Below, in pieces: positions 1-13,000 of a stretch of DNA of 64,000 bases. Where the stretch lies: the NCBI GenBank assembly GCA_964304625.1, contig OZ199838.1, forward strand, positions 10,929,607 to 10,993,606, read 5' to 3'. The notes below the pieces were generated by a model. That model did not search any database, was not told the origin of the DNA, and was given only the letters and a program-made list of their open reading frames with translations. Numbering within the stretch: position 1 is the stretch's first letter; every line of letters starts with the position of its first letter. Source of the stretch: Kudoa neothunni. Lineage: Eukaryota > Animalia > Cnidaria. Position numbers and translations under genes: made by a program.

Positions 1-1581
1 CAAATTTTGAGAAAATTTTTAAACGGTTAAGTAATTTTTCAATGTAGTTTTTAATGTATATAAACCATAATTACTCTTGAATTCTCTTCAATCTGTTATC
101 TTCATGGAAAAAGAAATAAATCAATTAGAAATTATCATGAAACCTTCCTAGAATAAATTTTTTATCACATCGTTTGAAAAATTTCCTCATGTATTTTAGC
201 ATATTTATTTTATAACTCCTTATATACAAAAATATATAAGAAAATTAGTTTAATTGATCCTATATTTTTTAAATAAAACAAATTAACTGAGTTATAGTTT
301 TTTGATATATTATGGAGGTAATCTGTATTGTTAAGAATCACGTAAACTTACTGCTTCACGGGAGTTGAATGCGTCGTAAAAATCGAAATTATTGTAACTA
401 TGTCTGACCTGTTACAGCTAATTACAAAAGTGATCCGTATTCAGATTTTAACAAAAGGAAAATACTGGCGTAGTATTTATATATTAAATTTAACCAAAGT
501 TTCTATAAAACTTCTTATTTGAATAATCTTTGTTTATTTTAAAATAATTTTAACCCCGTATTAAGAAATATTCGTAAAAATACATACTGAGAAACAATAT
601 TTATAAAAATCGATGATCTATTTTGTTTTTAGAGTTATTGATATTTGTCGTTTCTATTTTCAATAACATGAGGTACCATTTTTATGGTAAAGTTTAAATT
701 ACAAAAATTGGTATGTGATATCGGTTAGTATTATCATCGTTTGTAAAATTCAAATTTATAAAATTTATTAAATTTTAATTGTAAAAATTAAATATTCCGT
801 CAATATTAGGATTAAGTTGATTGCTGAATTGATTTTATTATTATCAATAATATTAAATGAAGGATTATGCATTTCTATTATACAAATGACATTTGTTTTT
901 CAATCTCTCTAAAATAAGAATATGCTGGAATTATTCTTTATATTTTGAATACTTCTGCAATAGTTTGGGTAACTTTCACCCAATTATAAATAAGATGAAG
1001 TGATATACTTGTTATTACTTCAGATGAAGACATATTAAAAACTCAAATGATTTGTTTTATTTCTATCAATAAAGCCAAGTAAACTTTAAAAGAATATAAT
1101 TATGAGAGTATGAAAACGTTTTTGCTAAATACAGCAGAATTATATCATAACCAAAGAATAAGAAATTTTCAAAATTCGGCTTCTTTTTTTAAATATTACT
1201 ACAAATGTAACTGCTATGATCTTATTTTTCTCATCTATGTATATTTTAATCAGTTTTAATACTCTTCCCGAAAATAAATTCCACAATTATTTCTATTGAT
1301 AAAACCTCATAAAGCTGTCCATTATTTTCAATGTTATAAACGGTTGAAAATTATAATCTATCTCGATTTTTATAACAATCAAATCTTCTTTATATTTAAG
1401 GAGGAAATTGACTTCAATAGCGTTTTCACATGAATTACGGTTTAAGGATTAGTTTCCGGGTGTTTCCGTAGATTTAAAACTCATTTGTTTCCTTGGTTAA
1501 ATCATTATATATTTTAGTCAGGAATATTCTTTATTAAAATTTTATCTTTTGAGTAAACAAAATATAAAATTAGTATAATCC

Positions 1582-2902
1582 ATGACATATGGAGTAGTAC
1601 GGAGACAAGGAATTATATAAAGTATTAGCACGTTTTAACACAGAGATCACTAATATCTTCATTTGCCGATAAAGGCCCAACTACAGTTATGACACTGAAA
1701 ACCCTTTTAACTAAGGTTATCGTCGCCGAAAATCCCTACAGTTCTTCCGTGAAGGAACTTATCAAACATACTAACTACATCTCATGGAGGAATCGTCTTC
1801 GTAAGGCTACCCGATACAACATACCACTATTTTTAAAGTTGTTGGGCAGCGTTGATCGTTCGGTCAATTTGCCACTCTATGAAGTAGTTGGAAAATTGTT
1901 TTTAAACCACGAATATACTGAGAAACATAATCATAATATCAACTCCAACTATATACCTAGTTGTTATAGAGGCTCATCGCTGCCGCCCATTGGTTTATTG
2001 GTTGTTTCATTGTACGCCCTTTGTAAAAATATGGAAACGTTTATTCCAAGGGTACCATCGGAGATTCATGAGCTTGGTTATGCTGCAGAGCTTATTCAGA
2101 TTGGTAGTTTTCGTGTGTGTCTGCTGAGAATGACTTAATATCAACTTTAGCTTTTGAGATACATAAATGTGTGGGAAATAAATCAAACGAATTCCTTCCA
2201 TCTAACATCGGGCATCTAAATAATAAATACGCCATCCTACTGGGTGATTATTTACATGCGGAAGCGTGTGGAATGTTGGGCTCGCTCAAGTTACCACCCG
2301 TGGTGGGTTTCATGTCTCAATGTATTGTTGATAGAAGTCGTTCAATTGCTGAAGACTCTATGGATAACGCCAAAGGAATTTTGGTTTGTGATTTTAACCG
2401 TTGGCGAGAATCGGATGGTCCTTCAATTGGTTCTAGTCTTCCTTACAGTTTTCAAAGTGTTGGATATATTGTTAGAGAAAGAAAAAACAACCCAATTATT
2501 TTAAATAATGACGATCTGTTTGTGTTCGGCGATAATTTGAATACTTTGATCAAACTGAAGCATATTTATTGGGAACTTTACCAATTGAAACAGGCCTATC
2601 CAAATGCGGTTTCAATATCTAATTCAAAATTTTTGGAAAATAATTCGATTACTAATGATCTCGATCATCAGGACATGTTTATCACCATGAGTGGATTAGA
2701 TCGTTTGAAGAAGTATCTAAGCAGTATTTCATCTTCATCAACTGTCTCGTTAAAAAGTGATCCTTGCTTGATTGACTTGCTGATCAGCAATTGCAACGGA
2801 AAAATCTCTCAGTTGACCACCTCTCTCTCCGATTGTTTGAACATTTTGGATCATCATAATTCAAAAATTAAAAATTTTTATACACGTTTTATAAAATTTT
2901 AG
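1582..2902 (+). CDS. PDSS2: Decaprenyl-diphosphate synthase subunit 2-like (trans-prenyltransferase fold, non-catalytic subunit)
   Basis: ORFs 1689-2138 and 2117-2902 join through a 47-nt GT-AG intron (2104-2150) to give AAELIQIAFEIHKCVGN...NKYAILLGDYLHAEACGMLGSL..P.VV. This matches the PDSS2 pattern (E.I..A.L.H...; NK.AIL.GD.L.A.AC), with no DDxxD motifs. A possible 4-codon first exon at 1582-1593 plus 35-nt intron 1594-1628 is inferred; otherwise the start is 1689. Confidence 0.75.
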
Positions 2903-3986
2903 GATTTTCTTGTACATTCGGTCATTTTTTATCCCTTTGTAGTGTTGATTGCGTGTGTATTGTTAAACGTCTCCCAAACATTTTAATTTTTGTATGTGAA
3001 TGAAATAAAAATACATATTTCATTAAGAGGAGCTAACCATTATTGGACTCTACGATCGAATACGAATAAAATTTTTAAGTCTTTTACTAAATGATTTCCA
3101 GATTGAGGGCGCGAAATTTAAATTTATTCAAAGGTACAATCTGACCTGGATATTTCATGGTTTTGATTTTATGCAAATTTGCAGGTATAGAGGTTTGTTT
3201 GAGTTATTTAATGATTTTAAAAGCTTCTTTTATGTATATTCTCAAAAGAGAAAAAAATTATAACTTTTTTCCAACCCTCTAATGTCTAGTGCCGTTGCGA
3301 GATGTCTTTCAATTGCGTGGTTTCTCCTTAGTCCCGTTGAACCACGCAATAGCCAGTTGAGGTTATATATCTTAACGAATAATTCATCCATTTACTTTAC
3401 TATGTAAATTGTATGGTAGACTATCAACATGGAAGTATTAATTAATCAAAGAATTGTTTGTGTTTAATACTAATTTTACTTTGTGCAAATAACAAGTTAT
3501 CCGAATTTCCGCCCAATAACCTTTTCGTGCCCAGTGTTTATTTAAATTTTAAATGAACAAGAGAAAAAATCGCATCTCCGTGGGGCTCTATTTTTATTAT
3601 TTTCTCTAGAAAAAGTTTAAAAATGTCATAATGATTCTTATCTATTTAAAAATAAATTAATAACAATTTTAGTAAATTACACCACTGAATCCATATTCTA
3701 AAATTTGAAATGACGCCATTTTAAACAATATAATTTATTTTTAGGCATAACCGTACAGGTTCCATGAAAGATTTTTGTTAAAATATGTAAACGTCATAGT
3801 TTTTTAACATTTATATTTGAACAAGTTTCAATATTAATTTAAAAAAGTTATACTAAAATAATTGTTAAGCATTATCTAATGAATTATTATTGTCACTACT
3901 TATAATGATACAATATATCCATTACACAATAATAAGTGTATATATATTAAAACACATTCTGTTGCAAAAAAAATTAAATCTTTAAG

Positions 3987-5007
3987 TACGTTCGAACACC
4001 GTTTATCCGTAAATATTGGGATCTGGCATTTTCCTTTCGGGTACTGAAATTTCGGTTAAACTAATTTCAATTATAGTGCATGTGCGACGGGGGAAAATTG
4101 TAGGTTGCTTACATACTTTATTTTTCATTATCCAATGTTTGTTTTATATTTTTAAAGAAAACTCTACTATATATAAGTTACACTGGTGAGTAAAATGTGA
4201 AAACATTAGTTTGAGGTACAGTAGTTCTAGGTCCAACGTAGTCGTCGCACACACACTACCGATCTGTGTGATCTTAAAGCCGCTGCGCCATATTAGAACG
4301 ATACATTATAGATTCTAAAAAATTGACCATTATTATTATTAATTTTTTTATAATTTCTTCCCATTTTGGATATTTCGAGTTTTATTAATAATGATGGTAA
4401 GAATAATTAAAATAACAATGAGTAGTATTTTCTCAGAATTCTCCATAACGATATTTAGAATTTCAATCTGAATTATGATATGTTATATTCCAACAATTTA
4501 ATATTGACTTATGATTGTTACGACTTAATAAGACTTGAATGTGGGTATGTTCTGGGAAAAACAGATGTGTGAACATTGTTGAATTGGGTCAACTCCGTGG
4601 ATAAATTGGTCTTATAAGGACACTGATAGTTTGTCATTAATCGATCTCAGAAGTTCCATTTTTATATTATATTACTCATGAAGAAATATAAGGGAATTTG
4701 TTTTTACCCAACATTTATTTGTTCATTATCAACATGGTTGCATTTTTCTAATAAAATACTATATTATCTACGTTACCTTGTTTCTATTAATCAAGCATAA
4801 ACTTAAATTTAATAATTAACTAACATACGTAGCATAAAAATAAATGTAGGTGTCATTTTAACCAGGCACTAATCCGGATTTCAAGGCACATTTATCCGAA
4901 AATTCGAGCAAAAAGTTGTTTCGGTTAAACGAAAATTTTTTACTTAGAATCTACATCATTTTAATAAAGTTTTAAAAAATTGGTCGGATAAACGGAGTTC
5001 GACTGTA
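3987..5007. mobile_element. Non-autonomous pogo/Tigger-type TIR element
   Basis: Left end TACGTTCGAACACCGTTTATCCG (3987-4009) matches the reverse complement of the right end, TACAGTCGAACTCCGTTTATCCG (4985-5007), at 20/23 positions, with terminal TA. A related interior recurs at ~31590-32335. Confidence 0.7.
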
Positions 5008-6227
5008 TATGATCAGAAGTGGCCAGACCCGCCCCGACCGGGAGCCAGCTTCAAGGTTAACCAAATTTTCAAGAACCACAAGACATTACAATCAAGTAGG
5101 TACCTCTTCCTTATTTAAAGCTTACATTTTTCGAAAATGTTTGGTAAACACTAAGATGAAATGTTGTGGAATTATAAATAAAGATTTTTTGATTTTTTAA
5201 TCCTCCCTGGACCAAGCAGGATCTATCTTGACCCCATTTTCGGAAAAGATTATTTTTATAAATAAAAACCTCATAGATTTCTGTTTAAAATTCATTTAAT
5301 CTTAGAAAATTTATTCATATATTAAATAAATTCAACTTTTTGAAAAATATTAGAATTTATCCTAGAAAAAATTTTTGTATAATTAAACACATATTCTCTA
5401 TTCGCCCCATACTTCATGCAGTAACTCCATATTAAAGTTATCGATGGATAAAAATAAACAACGATAAATTATCGCAATTAACGTACATTAAATGTCCAAG
5501 AAATGCTCAAATCGTAGGTTTTCCTTTTTATTACCCAAGGATTACGATGACGTCAAGATTAAATTACGATTTATCGGCTACTGTGTTTTAAACGTTAGGG
5601 GTAAACAAAGTATATCATTTAATTTTAGATGATAAATTTAATAAGAAATTTATATTTAGTAATGCCTTTTGATAACAATATCAATAATTTAGGGTTAAAT
5701 TACAGTATACGTGAACCAACATGGGGAGGTGACATCGTAACTTATTGGTGAATATTTGTGCCAGACTTTCAAGGGCCATTATCATTTGCATTTGAAATAT
5801 AGTTTAGAACTATTTAACAAATGTATTGATATTGGCGAAACGTCTAATTCACAGAAATCATTGATCCACGTAAAAGATTACGATGTGTACTTTTTTCACG
5901 AAATATTAATCAAAAAACTAATATAAATGCTATAACTCCAAGAGACCTATTTTCTCGTCTGACAGATTTCAAGAAATACTTACTTTATTGTCAGACATTT
6001 TAGAAACCGATTGATGTTATCTTGACAAAAAATTGTTTTCTCTTTAGGAAACCCCGAAATTAATATGATGTATTTCTAAATAAATCTATTTTAAATTCTC
6101 ATATTTAATTTGTTTATTTTGAATGTATAGACATTCTAATATACTTACAACCATGATCCATAATTAACCCTACTTTCAATTTTGTGATTAATGACCTTTT
6201 TTGGAAATCATGTGCGGTATCTTATGC

Positions 6228-7932
6228 CAGTGGTGAGAAAAGTGCGGCTCGCGGACGAGTTTATAAGGCTGAAAAATTGTGCGAGCGTACATGATTTTCA
6301 CAATCTAATAACACCAAAACAGCGTTTTTCTTCTATAATCCAATTAAAAAAATACCTTTTTGACAAATATTTTAGATTCACAAATGTTAATTTTACTCGA
6401 TTCAATTATCCGATTTGACATTTTATCTACGCTTGCACCCTGCGTTTGATTATCGTATGTAATAGTGGTCTAAGTTAGGTCTAATACGCGCTTATAACAA
6501 AATAATAGGTTAACAACGTTGGAAAGAACTGGCCCTTGAGATTTAATTTAAACAAAAAGAATCTATAGTTAACTAAATATTAAAAATCATGAGCATGCGA
6601 TGCTTATATCTAAATTAGAAGTTTAACCCAACAAGAACCATTCTCACACCTTTCATTACAGACGATGCATTAATAAAAAAATTGTTCATTCCTATATTTT
6701 AAAAGGTATAAAGTCGATGAAATTTGTATAATTTTTTAGGAATCCTTAGGTTTTTAATCATAAATGTTTATAATCGAGGTGTATCAAAATTTATCAACTT
6801 AACGTAGAAATAGTTTTTTATATATCCTTAATTTTCTCAAGTGATAATGCGCTCAAACTTCTCTTATTATTCAGCGTTTGTTTACATAACATATTTTTAT
6901 AATTAATGATGAAAAACGTGATTTTAATAATGATTGGACTAAAAAATATTTCTTCACACATTCAATGAATAACGCGGTCTATTGGCTCTGGTTCGAATCA
7001 GTTCCTGTGTTAAAGGAATATAATTTGTTGCGGCAACACCAGATGAAACCTGGGTAATTCAATGAGAAAATCAACGATTACGATATAAAACAAGCGGCCT
7101 TAAAATATTTGAAAGTTTTAACAAGAAAAGCTGATAAATTAAGAATTAGAAACTTATGATAAATATTTCTTTTATTGATTGATATAAATAAGGGAAATCG
7201 AAAGGCATAATTAAGGATAACAAATAATAATTTATGATAACTTTTTTGAGTGGAATTTCTATTCCGAAAAATCATTTTACAGAACCTTAAAAGATATGAA
7301 TATTACATTGATAATTACCAATAATTACGATTTTTATAAGTTCATATTATTTAAATCATATTTTGAAATTGAAAAATTTCGTAATAAATTTTAAGAAAAT
7401 TACCTCTACTCGTTGGTGATATTAAGGCACAAAAAAATTGGTGTAATCTGAAATACCATTAATGTTATTAAGTTTGCTTAACTTGATTATATTCATATTT
7501 ATGACTTAGGTCTCCTTTTAAAGTATATGTTATATTGAATGTCCTGTTTAAAATAACCATGAAATAATTCTACCATCGTTATTGTTTAAATATTTCATGT
7601 GTACTTAGTGAGTAATATTAACTTTTCATGAATTTAGTTAAAATTTAAATTTATTGAGTATAAAATCTATTATTTCAATCGTAACTTACAATAGCATACC
7701 AATCACAAAACTTCTATGTTTAAAAAAATCTATTTAATTCCTTATTTATTTTTACTGATTGGAAGCGTCTTTAAATTAATTTATATGCCCATTTCTTCTT
7801 GGGCCAAAAATGTTAAAAAACCAACAACAGATAGTTAAGTTCTCAAAAAAAAGCGTAACCACCAATGCGACCCTCCAAACTTCTGTAATGCGTCAATGTG
7901 GCCCACACTCCCAAGAGTTGTGACCGCCACTG
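6228..7932 (+). mobile_element. Degenerate hAT-like transposon remnant
   Basis: Both ends begin CAGTGG in inverted orientation (6228 CAGTGGTGAGAAAAGTGCGGCTCGCGG; reverse complement of 7932 CAGTGGCGGTCAC). Interior reads decayed hAT-like motifs SDNA (~6840), THSMNNAV (~6955) and CGNTR*N (~7030; cf. TRWN). No target-site duplication is recognisable. Confidence 0.4.
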
Positions 7933-7942
7933 ACGTACCGTA

Positions 7943-9947
7943 TATAGTCGAGATTGGATATTGCGTGATTCGGTATTGGTTATTTAAGATTTTCATTATG
8001 AAAATCATTACATTGGAATAGGGTTTTAAATTATTAGCATTATTTCATTTAATAAATTATTCATCTAAAAAAATTAAAAAATATTTTTTGATGTGCCCCT
8101 GTCCCTGACTTAGTATTGCGAAAAGCTTTTTTACTGCGTAACGGAGAAATCAAAATGACTCGATATTGCGCAATTTTATCTTTGATATACGGAGGACGCA
8201 GCATGGCGTTTTCGAGAAACTTTTAATAATACAGTATTTAATTTCAATAAAATTAATAAAAAGTGCCAAATTATGACGGTGGAAAAATTAATACTAAATG
8301 GTGTGGTTATTTTTATTCTATCTCAATATATATCTTCAAAGACATTCATTGTTTGACAGAATTATTTTTCATGAAAACAAGCTGAAAATTCAGACTTTTC
8401 TGAAAATAGGAAAAGACATCCTAATGGAAGATTCATCGGCACAGACAAAGTTTATGAATGGTATATCAAAAAAGTACGAATGGTCACATTATTTCTCGTG
8501 AGGTAATTATTGAAATGGTTATCATCATTCCAAAAAAGAATGAATATCAAAATTTTAAACTATGTAGGGGGTAGTTAGGGGTTAAAAAAAAGAGTTAGAA
8601 TAATTTTTAAAAATTTTGTATTATGAACCAATGAATACTATCCTAGCATATATTTATTTGTGGATCTATGAAAAGAAAAATTCGATAAACTCATATAGTC
8701 CAAGAGAAATAATAAATATTGATGAAACTTTTTTGTTTTATAATAAATTGCAGAACAGCAGGTACGTATTAAAAGGAAAAAGCGGAATAAGTTTTAAAAG
8801 CTATCAAAAACAGGATATCAATTTTAGTATCATGCTCTTTAAAAGAGGAAATATTTTTTATAAATAATAAAGAAAATACCGAAATCCTAGGTGCTTCAGG
8901 AGGCCAAAGACTTACCTTATGAGTATACATCTTCAGAAAATTCCTGGATGACCTCAGCTATTTTTTCCAGACAATGAAAATGCCAAATCCTAAAATGGAG
9001 TCATAGAAACTAAAAGTACAAGTCTTGTTGAGCCAAAGCCCAATACATCCAAAAGACGTCACTTATTTTAGAAATGTAAAGTTACACCTTTTTACATAAA
9101 AATACAATGAGTGTTTCTAGATCTACTCGACCTAGAAATGATTCATTCCTTAAGAGTAAGTGTAAACAAATAATGTATAATCATAGACATTATACGATGA
9201 TTCATCAAATACTAAATAAACCTATTTGATTAAATTTTGTCTTCCAAAAGCGTAAAACAGCATTCCAGCATAAATTCTTGCCAATTTCCCCAAAAAATCC
9301 AATTTATTTTTGGTAAATAAAAGCTAATACGAACAGTTAAAATTGTCTATTGTGATAGGACAAAGGGGGAGAGGTGGAAATGATAAACTTTTTGGAAAGA
9401 GCCAAATTATAAATTTAAAATAAAATTTAAACCTTTTTATAGTATATAAAGTAACTAAGAGAACGATCTTTGATTATTACATCGTATCTAATTGTGAGAA
9501 TGAAAATTACAAGGTCGTATTGACCACAAAAGCCCAATTCAGAGTGAAATCAAACCTGTTGACTAACAAAAAGAGTTTCGATAAAAGATAAGAAACAGGA
9601 AGTAAGTAATTAAAGAATAGCATTAATTCAAGGAGATCCGTTTGTAATATTCTATCTCCATCTAATAATGGTTCGTATATTTAAATTCCAATATTAAAAA
9701 TAGAATCAATTCAAAATTATTTCATTTTTTTATAAAAATTGATATTTTAGTAATTTTATTTTAATTAATTTTCTTAAATTTAAGATAACTAATTAACATT
9801 GATTGGAAATAAGATAAACGTATAAAACAAGTTTAAATAAAAAGTATTTTTTATGCAAGTACGCGTGTCCCGACATTGCCTAAATCCTCTGCATTGCGTA
9901 ATTTTTGTTCGGTCCCAAAAGTTACGCCATAACCAAACTCGACCGTA
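7943..9947 (+). mobile_element. pogo/Tigger-family DNA transposon with pseudogenised DDE transposase (copy 1)
   Basis: TIRs TAGTCGAGATTGGATATTGCGTGA (7945-) and TTACGCCATAACCAAACTCGACCG-TA (-9947). Broken ORF with YSPREIINIDETFLFY and YTSSENSWMTSAIF motifs. Collinear with the copy at 19229-21330. Confidence 0.85.
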
Positions 9948-10044
9948 ATTTTACGCATTTTCACCGTCTCAGAAAAGATTACGTAAAATTAATATTAATT
10001 TTATATATATTCGAAACTTATAAAAGAAACAAACAATTATGAAG

Positions 10045-13000
10045 TTATTAAAATAATAGAATGGAATAATAAAAAAAGTAACTAAACGTCCAATCATTAT
10101 ATTTTATAATTCGTAATTGAAATCCTTGGAGCATCTAGAGTAAAGGGCGATACCAATAACCACAAAAATTGAAGAAACAATTGGTACCAGAGCATAAATA
10201 CTAAAAAAGATATAAATAATAGATTTTCATATTTACATGTATAGGCCAATAGATCTATTCTAAGATTACACATGAATAAGTTTAATGAAATTTACGAGCT
10301 GATATTCTTCGCAATTGTATGTTCTTGTATCTGTTTGCTACCTACTCATAGTTGGAAATTTATATGTATAGATTATATATATTTTACTAAATACGAAATA
10401 AAGTACATCTATACAAAATTTTTCATCATTTACCCTTTTTCAACTTTTCTTATAAATTTTTTAACAAAATCTTCTATTTCGATGTTTTCGTGTTCACTTC
10501 TTATTTGTTGCTCCTCTAATAATGATTCAATATTTTTTTCATTTTTCATTAATTACTATTAAAATTATAATATTAATAAATATAATAATTTTTATTACCC
10601 TGTTGTTTTTGATAATTTTGAATCTATTTTTTTAAAATAAATATTAATATCTGATACATATACAATATTAGAAATGTTTTTTACATGGAATATCATATTC
10701 TTTATAGGTAGAATAATCTTTCACTTTCACTGATAATACATAATCACTTTCTTTAGACAATCCACTTATATCGATGACACATCCATTGGCTGAACAGTCC
10801 TCGTCATCGTTACACCAAGTTATCGTTGATAAAATATTAGCAGCAATTGTTTTCTCCTTCAGTATGAATGGGCATCTACTATTCTGTGATTTATCGTCAA
10901 AATCCACACGAAATTTCAATTCGATTCCGTCTTTATAACTATAACTAACCGTTGTTTCCTCATCCACTAAATCCTGCTATATTTTTTAAATGTTCAATTT
11001 GTCATACCTGTGGTAATATCATAGGTTTTAATCTTCTTCCCATCGGATGGTTCCACAATCAATTTGTAGATCTTTCCTAATTCTAGATTTATTATTTTGA
11101 ACTCATTATTGCATTTGTTTTCGCAAATTCCCATTCCCTCACAAGTCGCCATATATTTTTTATCCGCATCATCTTGTTTATCAAGATAGACTCTACAAAT
11201 TGGTAGTGAGTCATCCTCTCGAAATGGTGTGACTGTAGCCATTCCATTTTTAATTGTTGCACTTGTATTATTAACAGATAGATCGTCCCCCTCTTCTAAA
11301 CTTATTTAGACGTTGAGATGTTTAAGTTAAATTTTACTTGTTCTAAATATCATCTGTTTTACGTAATTTCCGTTGAAACCAAGGTTAGTAATTGTAACTG
11401 AAATCACATAATTTGTACCAGCATCCAAAGAACCAATTGAATGAGAAGCTTCACAATTATTTTGTGTATGTTTAGTCCTCGTTTTGTTGGGAATAATATT
11501 CGCTTTATATGTTGTTATTGTGCATACTGGAGAATTAGTGTCAGCTTTAATATGGTTGTAAGAATCGAGTCCAGTAATTGTTACTCCTGCTTTTGTAATG
11601 TCACTTAATGTGAAGCCATTATCGTTTCCTATAATGTCTTAGTGACAAATATGATAAATTCGTTTACTTTTGAAGTATTGTTTGAATTTTCTGTTATCAA
11701 ATCTTCTCTGTACGATTACACCAAGTTTTTCTCGTCCTTCCGTCAAAATAATGATGCCGTCTTGACAGAGTTGGTAGCAACCATCAACAACATTTCCACA
11801 TTTATTCAAAATAACATCTTCTTTGTCTGCACCCACATTATCAACTTCAAATACTTTGATATGACACATTTCATTATTGTAAGGGCCAGGTGAGAAATGT
11901 ATTTTAACTTGTTTATTACTTTCACTAACGCCGCTAATGGAAAATATGATGTCAGACTTCAAAGGAATAGTTTCGCGCAAGTATGTATTATTAGTGTAAT
12001 AGATTATTCCTGGCCACATATGTGTGGAATCAACTTTGTAATAACTTATGAATCTATCTACTGGCAGGGAGGCAGACATAGTCGATATGGTGTCGGAATA
12101 ATTTAATAAACTTAGGCCATCTTCCTGAGTTTTGCTGAATTCATCGTTACTACCATCAACTCGAATATCCCATTTTGTCAATGAGTTAGATATATAGGAA
12201 AATTTAATTTTTCCTTCTTTATGACTCAAAGTATACATTTGTTTATGTTTGTAATCTATCAAATAAAATTATTATTTGAAAGATATTCGAATATATTATT
12301 AAATATGAATAATTTCAATATTTATAAATAGAAATGCATGAGTATTAATTATTAAATACCCATTTTAATTGAAAAGACATTCTTTTTTTTGCATGTTTTG
12401 GCTTCTGCATCATTTGAGCCATAACATACCAATACGTATCGATCCATTTTTGAGTTGATGAATCCAATTTCATCACCTCTAGAATTACAATCCATCAAGC
12501 AAAAGTCATTATCTGTGCCTACGGAGCACGTAGGTTTTACGAACGCATTGTTATCAAAATTTGATAATTTAACAGCACATTTAGCACCAGTTGGAAATTG
12601 AGTCAGAGAAATCGAGAATTTATCATGTACGTCGTTTTCTTTTGAAACAAACCCCTGTTTTAATTCTCCAAGTCTGGAAAATGCTACAGAAGTATTAAAT
12701 TTGTATTATCACCTAACTTTACCGGGAATAGCAATCTTAAATGGTCCTGATTTTCCTTTAACATATATCATTAATCGGTAGTTATATTTTTTGTTGTATA
12801 AATTGGTTTCAAATTTTATATCGTTGCATTTTTTAATTTGGGGATCATCATTACGAGCATCATCACAGCCAACACACGACTGTATTATTTCAGTCGTTGA
12901 TGCTAAATAAAATTCTTATAGAAATATAATAAATTTGATTACTGTCATTTCCTCCGTGTTTATATAATTGATAATAGCAATTAGTATTACTAGCATCTGA

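Noticed and set aside
5660-5900. EPTWGGD...NICARLSRAIII peptide reminiscent of an OTU protease fragment
   Set aside because: Only one short motif, broken by stops; no catalytic Cys motif found.
10272-10562. 96-aa hydrophobic ORF (mirror copy at 51205-51495) that looks like a small membrane protein
   Set aside because: It is the antisense shadow of the AT-rich introns and small 3' exons of gene A/B; its conservation is explained by the duplication.
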